Of a stretch of 64,000 nt of DNA, positions 58,142-64,000 are shown piece after piece. Position numbers and translations under genes: made by a program. The DNA lies in contig CAJUAK010000002.1 in the NCBI GenBank assembly GCA_910584385.1, forward strand, positions 34,418 through 98,417, given 5' to 3'. Under the pieces are notes generated by a model that was not told the DNA's origin, ran no database searches, and worked only from the letters and a program-made list of their open reading frames with translations. Numbering within the stretch: the first letter of the stretch is position 1; every line of letters starts with the position of its first letter. This stretch comes from an uncultured Alphaproteobacteria bacterium. Its GTDB lineage: Bacteria > Pseudomonadota > Alphaproteobacteria > RF32 > CAG-239.

Positions 58142-58915
58142 TTATAACTTCAAAACTTTTCTAAGTTCTTTTAATCTGTCTGCGGTTTGAATATTCTCAA
58201 CTATTGAACTTATTAATTCTTTTAATGGTAAATATTCATTTAATGCTGTTTTATCATCAAATTCTCCGTGGACGATATTACTTAATTCTTGGAACAATTC
58301 GTACTTTCTATCATCTAATCCGTGAGGAATAATGTGTGCTTTTTTATTAGCTTCTTTTAGTTTTTCTTTAAAATTTAAAGTACTATCTATGTTATGCTTT
58401 TTTACAATTTCACTTACAATTGTTTCATATATCTTTCGCAAATATATAATTGCTCCCGCACCTAATCCCTCTCTATAGGCCTTATCTGCGGCGTCAAACA
58501 GTTCAATATATTTTGAAGTTGGTTTATAACTAACACTTTCAGATAGTTTATCTGAATATTTAATAATTCTAACTTTGGGAATTTGGGAGTGAATTTCATT
58601 TTCGCTTTCAATTAAAAACCAAGCAGGAATAGATGTTTCGCAAAATAAACAAGTTAAGACACAATCTATACTTATCATTTTTTCGTTTATTCCAATGCAA
58701 TGAACGGAACAAGGTTTAACAGGGTTATATAAGCAAAACGATTGCATCTTATTGCACTTTTTGCAAAAGAAATCTATTTGTATGTTACCAACCTCAATTT
58801 TTTTTAATTTTCCTCTATTGAGAAATTTTCCATCTAAAAAACCGTCTACAGGCTGAAAATCTGCTGATGGTTTAGTTGATAATATGTCGCTTAATCTCAT
58901 ATTATCACTCTCCAA
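58142..58915 (-). CDS. Zinc-ribbon plus DUF4145/HEPN-like domain protein embedded in the Type I operon.
   Basis: N-terminal Cys cluster (CKKCNK...CSVHC...CLFC). C-terminal AGAIIYLRKIYE...LSNIVHGEFD resembles DUF4145 (HEPN). Confidence 0.4.
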   Translation of the reverse strand: MESDNMRLSDILSTKPSADFQPVDGFLDGKFLNRGKLKKIEVGNIQIDFFCKKCNKMQSFCLYNPVKPCSVHCIGINEKMISIDCVLTCLFCETSIPAWFLIESENEIHSQIPKVRIIKYSDKLSESVSYKPTSKYIELFDAADKAYREGLGAGAIIYLRKIYETIVSEIVKKHNIDSTLNFKEKLKEANKKAHIIPHGLDDRKYELFQELSNIVHGEFDDKTALNEYLPLKELISSIVENIQTADRLKELRKVLKL

Positions 58916-58933
58916 ATGTGATGTTTTTGTATT

Positions 58934-60001
58934 TTATTCATCATTTTTGCCCTCAACAGAATCTTTTGATTTTTTGTTGTTTATCATATTTTCCAACTCT
59001 AAAAAGTAGTCAAAATCGCTATGATAAAGCCTATCTTGAATGATGCGATATTTTTCAAACTCTGTTTCAGCGTGTTGTTTAGCAAGTTCTGCTGATATTT
59101 TTCCAGCTCCCTGCAAAATATCCCTTCGTGTTAATCTTAATAAACCATCCAGTTGAGATGCCCAATCTTCCATTGTCATCGGCATATTTCTTTCTGCTTG
59201 GGATTCTGCCAAATCAAGATATGCGTTGACAATACGTCCCATTGCTCTCAGTTCTTCTTCGGTTAAATAATTCTTCGCAACACTGACATCATATTTATGA
59301 ATTTTACTTTGAGGTGCTCCTTCCCAAGTTGTCAGTCCCATATGCTCTTTGTTGGCATCAGCACGATTATAAATAACCTCTGCAGCGGTTTGTCCGTGAA
59401 TAGCCCAATGCAGTTTATTTTGCACCTTTGCAAAAAACTCTTGCGTCGTTTTAGATTTAGCATCGTAATCAACGCTCGTGGCATAAATATCCGTTATTTT
59501 TTGATAGAACATCCGTTCAGACATACGAATTTCTCTAATCCGCTGCAGTTGTTCTTCAAAATATTTTTTTGTCAGTATTGAGCCGCCTCGTTTAATGCGC
59601 TCATCATCCATTGCATAAGCTTTTATGGTGTATTGCTCAATAATATCATTAGCCCATTTACGAAATTGCACGGCTTTGGGAGAATCGACTTTATTACCAA
59701 CGGCAATAATTGCTTTTAAATTATAATGGTTGGTTTCGTATGTTTTTCCATCAGTGGCAGTTATTCGAAATTTTCGAATAACTGAATTTTCATCTAACTC
59801 CATATCACTAAAAATTTTTTTCAGATGATAATTAATAGTATTTGTTTCTACATTATACAAAATACCCATCATCTTTTGCGTAAGCCAAACGTTTTCATCA
59901 GCATAAATTGCCTCAATACCACTTTCTCCCGTAGCGGTAATAAATGTGAGATATTCAGCCGCGGAGCTTCTGATAGTAATTTCCTTTTTTTTAGCCATCA
60001 C
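58934..60001 (-). CDS. rhuM: RhuM-family protein.
   Basis: Conserved [11 protein letters not shown] and [13 protein letters not shown] blocks. Typical position between hsdM and hsdS. Confidence 0.7.
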   Translation of the reverse strand: MMAKKKEITIRSSAAEYLTFITATGESGIEAIYADENVWLTQKMMGILYNVETNTINYHLKKIFSDMELDENSVIRKFRITATDGKTYETNHYNLKAIIAVGNKVDSPKAVQFRKWANDIIEQYTIKAYAMDDERIKRGGSILTKKYFEEQLQRIREIRMSERMFYQKITDIYATSVDYDAKSKTTQEFFAKVQNKLHWAIHGQTAAEVIYNRADANKEHMGLTTWEGAPQSKIHKYDVSVAKNYLTEEELRAMGRIVNAYLDLAESQAERNMPMTMEDWASQLDGLLRLTRRDILQGAGKISAELAKQHAETEFEKYRIIQDRLYHSDFDYFLELENMINNKKSKDSVEGKNDE

Positions 60002-61557
60002 GCCACTCCTTCCAAATCGGCAACGATGGCATCTATTTGCTGTCGTAACTCATTTTGTTTAGCCACAATTTGTTTGATTTGCTCATTTAAGACGGTAATA
60101 TCAATTTTTTCACGGATGTCTTTCTGCTCAACATAGGAAGAAACCGAGATATTGTAATCGTTCTCGCCAATTTTATCGTTTTTAACTAATTTACAGAAAT
60201 GTTCTTTATCTTCCCGTTTAATGTAGGCTTGCAAGATGTTTGCAATATTCTCATCAGTCAGTTTATTCTTATTGCCAGAATGGATAAATTCATTGCTTGC
60301 ATCAATAAACAAAACGGCATTGTCTTTTTTGCTCTTCTTCAAAACAATGATGCAGGTTGCAATACTCACGCCAAAGAATAAGTTGGCGGGAAGCTGAATC
60401 ACACAATCAACAAAGTTGTTGTCAATCAGATACTTACGAATTTTCTGCTCTGCCCCGCCGCGATATAAAACCCCAGGAAATTCTACGATTGCTGCCGTTC
60501 CGTCGGCCGCCAGCCAATTAAGCATATGCATCGTAAAAGCAAGGTCTGCTTTGCTTCGCGGTGCTAAAACACCAGCAGGAGAATAACGAGGGTCGTTGAT
60601 TAGGGTAACATCACTGTCCCCAGCCCAAGAGATAGAATAGGGCGGATTGGATACAATCGCCTCAAACGGCTCATCATTCCAATGTTTTGGGTCGGTTAAA
60701 GTATCTCCCAATGCAATATCAAATTTTTCATAATTGATATTGTGCAAAAACATATTAATACGGCAGAGATTGTAGGTTGTAATATTAATTTCCTGTCCGT
60801 AAAATCCATCTTTTACGTTTTCCTGCCCCAGAATTTTGGCAAATTTCAGCAGCAACGAACCCGAACCGCAGGCGGGGTCATAAACTTTATTGACTGATGT
60901 TTTGCCAACTAATGTAATTTTTGCCAAGAGTTCTGAAACTTCTTGCGGCGTAAAAAACTCACCACCTGATTTTCCTGCACTGCTGGCGTACATTGTCATT
61001 AAATATTCGTAAGCATCACCAAAAGCATCTATGGTATTGTCGGTAAAATTGCCAAGTTTTAACTCCTTGATAGAGGCTAAAATCTTAACCAGTTTCTCAT
61101 TTCTTTTTTGAACTGTTGCTCCCAGTTTATTGCTGTTAACATCAATATCTGCAAATAAGCCCTTGAAATCATCTTCACTGGCTGTTCCCTGTGCGGAGGC
61201 TTCAATATCACGGAATGCTTTGCTCAATGTTTCGTTTAAATTGGGATTGTTCTTGGCTTTTTTTTGCACATTTTGAAACAATTCACTAGGTAGAATAAAA
61301 AAACCTTTGGTAGAAACGGCGTACTCTCGGGCTGTTTCGGCGTTTTCATCAGTTTCTTTGGTATAATCATAGTCAGCAATACCGCTTTCCCTCTGTAATT
61401 TATTGATATATGCGGTGATATTTTCAGAGATAAAGCGATAGAACAGAATCCCCAGCACATAGGATTTGAAATCCCAACCATCAACGCTGCCTCGCAAATC
61501 ATTGGCAATTTGCCAGATAATTCTGTGTAATTCCGCTCTTTCTTGCTCTTTAGTCAT
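59998..61557 (-). CDS. hsdM: Type I restriction-modification DNA methyltransferase subunit (N6-adenine).
   Basis: HsdM N-terminal domain, AdoMet motif I ([12 protein letters not shown]) and motif IV (NPPYS). Confidence 0.9.
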   Translation of the reverse strand: MTKEQERAELHRIIWQIANDLRGSVDGWDFKSYVLGILFYRFISENITAYINKLQRESGIADYDYTKETDENAETAREYAVSTKGFFILPSELFQNVQKKAKNNPNLNETLSKAFRDIEASAQGTASEDDFKGLFADIDVNSNKLGATVQKRNEKLVKILASIKELKLGNFTDNTIDAFGDAYEYLMTMYASSAGKSGGEFFTPQEVSELLAKITLVGKTSVNKVYDPACGSGSLLLKFAKILGQENVKDGFYGQEINITTYNLCRINMFLHNINYEKFDIALGDTLTDPKHWNDEPFEAIVSNPPYSISWAGDSDVTLINDPRYSPAGVLAPRSKADLAFTMHMLNWLAADGTAAIVEFPGVLYRGGAEQKIRKYLIDNNFVDCVIQLPANLFFGVSIATCIIVLKKSKKDNAVLFIDASNEFIHSGNKNKLTDENIANILQAYIKREDKEHFCKLVKNDKIGENDYNISVSSYVEQKDIREKIDITVLNEQIKQIVAKQNELRQQIDAIVADLEGVA

Positions 61558-61679
61558 TTCTTATCTTCCCAATAGTCAATAATTTTATGCAATTATAAAG
61601 AGGAAGGGTTAATTTTAAGTTTAGAGGCTCTTTCAAGCAAAGAAACCATAAAAATTTATCAGAAGTAAAACTAAAGTAT

Positions 61680-61785
61680 ACCCTATTTTTACATTTACAA
61701 AAGTGTAAAATCTAAATCATTTTGCTTGACAATTTTACAGATGTAAAATATATTCTTAAATATAGATTTTACATATTTAGGATTG
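61680..61785 (+). promoter_or_regulatory. Putative res-like site and promoter of the recombinase gene. It has three TGTAAAAT/ATTTTACA subsites. A sigma70-like TTGACA-17-TATATT promoter sits with subsite II in its spacer.
   Basis: Subsites at 61686-61710, 61732-61749 (near-perfect palindrome) and 61766-61776. The -35 is at 61726-61731 and the -10 at 61749-61754. Confidence 0.5.
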
Positions 61786-61786
61786 G

Positions 61787-62350
61787 ATGATGATTTTTAA
61801 TTATATACGAGTTTCTACGATTGAGCAAAATACTGAACGGCAGTTAAGGGATGTTGTTTGCGACAGGGTATATGAAGAAAAAATTAGTGGTAAGGATACC
61901 AACCGTCCCCAATTACAGGCAATGCTGTCCAATATCCGTTTTGGGGACATCATTAATATTCACGAAATGAGTCGTCTGGCTCGTAATACTCGTGATTTAT
62001 TAAATCTGGTAGAGGAAATTACCTCAAAAGGAGCAACAGTTGTTTTTCATAAGGAAAACTTAACTTTCAAAGGTAATGAAAAACAAGACCCATATCAAAA
62101 AATGATGATGACTATGCTTGGAGCTGTGGCAGAGTTGGAACGCAATTTAATATTGGAACGCCAACGAGAGGGAATTGCTCTTGCTAAACTGCACAACAAG
62201 TATAAAGGCGGTCAGCCTAAGCTAACTGCCGAACAGGTTACAGAATTAACCACACTTTACAAGCAAGGAATGCCTATCGCACGCATTGCCAAGCAATTTA
62301 AAATAACTCGTCCAACGGTTTATTCTTACTTAAAAAATGAAGAGAAATGA
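61787..62350 (+). CDS. Small serine recombinase (resolvase/invertase family) with a C-terminal HTH.
   Basis: Catalytic YIRVSTIEQ (Ser10), the conserved ERQREGI block and a C-terminal HTH IARIAKQFKITRPTVY. Confidence 0.8.
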   Translation: MMIFNYIRVSTIEQNTERQLRDVVCDRVYEEKISGKDTNRPQLQAMLSNIRFGDIINIHEMSRLARNTRDLLNLVEEITSKGATVVFHKENLTFKGNEKQDPYQKMMMTMLGAVAELERNLILERQREGIALAKLHNKYKGGQPKLTAEQVTELTTLYKQGMPIARIAKQFKITRPTVYSYLKNEEK

Positions 62351-62371
62351 AAGGCGATATTGAACATTCCA

Positions 62372-63052
62372 TCAATTTGGTGAAGGAGCATTTAGATTCG
62401 TATTCAAAATAACAGATTCAACAATTTTTCTGGCTAATTCTGTTACATTCCAACCTGCACTGTTAAAGTTATAGGTGGATTTTATGCCTTTGGGGGCATC
62501 TAAAAAAGTGATAAGAGCATACTCCTGCCCCTGATAGATAAAATGTCCCAAAAATGTTGTAACAATATCATCAGGATTATCTAACTTGTAGTCTGTTGCC
62601 GTTAGGCCATAGATAGAAATACCTTCAATGTTTATTTTCTTTGCTGCCCCGTTGGTAACATTGCCTCTTAACTCTTCCAGTTCTTTTTTACCTGCTGATT
62701 TGATGAAAGAGGTATAATCTTGGATAAACTGTGATGTGGTTGCCAATCTATCCTTTTTCAAAAGTTTCATAATGTTGTTGGGCGTATATGAAAAATCTTT
62801 ATTGTAGTCAAAACTTTCTAAAATACTGATGGAGGCGGAATTTAGAACTTCATCGTTTTCCAAATTCACCAGAATAAAAGCACCTCCTGCGGTATTAAAT
62901 TTTTCAACTTCCTCTGCCAATACACTATAATTTCTTTTGCAAATAGCTTCTTCTGTATTGCAGGTTTCGGAGAAAGATTTATTGTTGGAGATGTTTTTAT
63001 ACGAACATCCCATCAAAATTAAAGAAAACATTAAAAAAACTATTTTTTTCAT
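62372..63052 (-). CDS. Lipoprotein of unknown function.
   Basis: MKKIVFLMFSLILMGC lipobox. Confidence 0.45.
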   Translation of the reverse strand: MKKIVFLMFSLILMGCSYKNISNNKSFSETCNTEEAICKRNYSVLAEEVEKFNTAGGAFILVNLENDEVLNSASISILESFDYNKDFSYTPNNIMKLLKKDRLATTSQFIQDYTSFIKSAGKKELEELRGNVTNGAAKKINIEGISIYGLTATDYKLDNPDDIVTTFLGHFIYQGQEYALITFLDAPKGIKSTYNFNSAGWNVTELARKIVESVILNTNLNAPSPN

Positions 63053-63053
63053 A

Positions 63054-63977
63054 TTACTTCTCCTTTTTTGTTAAAACATTCTGCAATGTTTGATGAACAA
63101 CCTGACACCAATGAGTGTAAATGTAAGGAAGAGTATTACGAGTTTCCTCGCCTAACAACTCTTTTTTTACCTCATCATAAAATTCTTTACGAACGATAAG
63201 TTTGTTTCCAAAGCCCATTCCGATGCGTCGCCATTTTTCAAAAAATTCTTCATCAAGCCCTCCAGTCCACGGATAAATTTTTGTTATCGGAGAAAAAATA
63301 GTTTGGACTTCATCTACAATTTCATTATTCAAAAGTTCAATGAAATATTGTTTAATTTCATTATCTTCAACAACAAAAAAACGGGCTGTTTTTGCAAATC
63401 CCATTCCTCCTGGAACCGTAGCCGCAACAAACATTATATCATTTGGATTAATCTGTTTGAGAGTCTGCAAATTCAGTTTTTGAAACAAAAATCCGTGCTC
63501 ATCTATTTGTTCTGGATAACTTTCTTCAAAAGAAAATTCACGAGGGTCTTCCACCATTTTTCTTGCTGTAAAAGACAATTCTCGTTTGCACCCACATAAA
63601 TACAAATCAATATTGGGAAAATCATTTCTTAAATTTATATCTATATGACAACCCAACCATTCATCAGAATAAAAAAGAGATTGTCCGAAATTAATTTTCA
63701 TCGGATATGTTTTAAATAGATTTATCTCAACAGTTAAGTCAAATTCATGATTTAAGAAATCGCTATTATACACTTTCAAATATTTTGAAACAAAATATTC
63801 TTTTGAAACAAGCGGCTTCTCCCCGTTATCATCAACCACAGAAGTTTCTTCATCGTTTATCCTAATCGTTCCGCTATCTATATGAAATTGAATATAGTCG
63901 TCTATATAATAATAATCTTTACGAACAGATTCGGCTTTGTCAAAATTTATTCCAAATCTTATTCCAAGTAGGCTCAA
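63054..63977 (-). CDS. Hypothetical protein.
   Basis: 307-aa ORF immediately upstream of, and co-oriented with, the lipoprotein gene. No recognised domain. Confidence 0.35.
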   Translation of the reverse strand: MSLLGIRFGINFDKAESVRKDYYYIDDYIQFHIDSGTIRINDEETSVVDDNGEKPLVSKEYFVSKYLKVYNSDFLNHEFDLTVEINLFKTYPMKINFGQSLFYSDEWLGCHIDINLRNDFPNIDLYLCGCKRELSFTARKMVEDPREFSFEESYPEQIDEHGFLFQKLNLQTLKQINPNDIMFVAATVPGGMGFAKTARFFVVEDNEIKQYFIELLNNEIVDEVQTIFSPITKIYPWTGGLDEEFFEKWRRIGMGFGNKLIVRKEFYDEVKKELLGEETRNTLPYIYTHWCQVVHQTLQNVLTKKEK

Positions 63978-64000
63978 GCGAATACTATTAAGACTAAAAT

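Noticed and set aside
62372-63052. Possible PBP or beta-lactamase-like motifs (SFIK, GLTATD) in the island lipoprotein.
   Set aside because: The motif order and spacing do not match penicillin-binding or class D beta-lactamase folds, where SxxK and KTG are about 145 aa apart. It is treated as an unknown lipoprotein.
1-64000. CRISPR arrays and rRNA genes.
   Set aside because: No regularly spaced direct repeats with unique spacers and no rRNA-like conserved stretches were found. The only tandem repeats are the 12-bp hsdS repeat, the 31-bp duplication and the hipB operator repeats.

Overview
The window has two parts. The first roughly 49.4 kb reads as core chromosome of a low-GC alphaproteobacterium; the last roughly 14.5 kb is a more AT-rich accessory (defence) island that runs off the right edge.

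Several features support the alphaproteobacterial call: a GapR/DUF2312 protein, a split pntAA/pntAB/pntB transhydrogenase, a RodZ-like protein, the cysteine-poor L36 form, a maf-rng-yacG cluster and short-chain ChrA halves. Housekeeping genes include hslO, recX, apaG, mpl-ldcA, pntAB, chrA, pyk, rpmJ, ettA, ptsP, ispG-hisS-prfA, cspA, lepA, the cdd-pnp-deoC-deoA nucleoside operon, asmA, galU, dksA, maf, rng and yacG. Scattered among them are envelope and secreted proteins: a 738-aa cysteine-rich repeat protein, two HExxH membrane proteins, a prepilin-like protein, a VirB2/TrbC-like orphan pilin and a small outer-membrane barrel. A family of structured intergenic repeats with a conserved core is also present in four copies.

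From about 49.5 kb the island carries a HipB/HipA-like module with three operator-like direct repeats, a Type I restriction-modification operon on the minus strand, a small serine recombinase and two unknown genes. The Type I operon reads hsdM-rhuM-ZnRibbon/HEPN-like-hsdS-unknown390-hsdR-unknown250. Its hsdS is split by a G10 homopolymer exactly between the central conserved region and TRD2, and it also carries roughly four copies of a 12-bp tandem repeat (LEAE) in the central spacer region. Both are classic slipped-strand phase- and specificity-variation devices. The recombinase promoter appears to be overlaid by three res-like sites.

The most novel-looking content is the set of uncharacterised genes embedded in the restriction operon, which carry HEPN-like Rx4-6H motifs, together with the conserved-core stem-loop repeat family. 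No rRNA, tRNA or CRISPR was detected.
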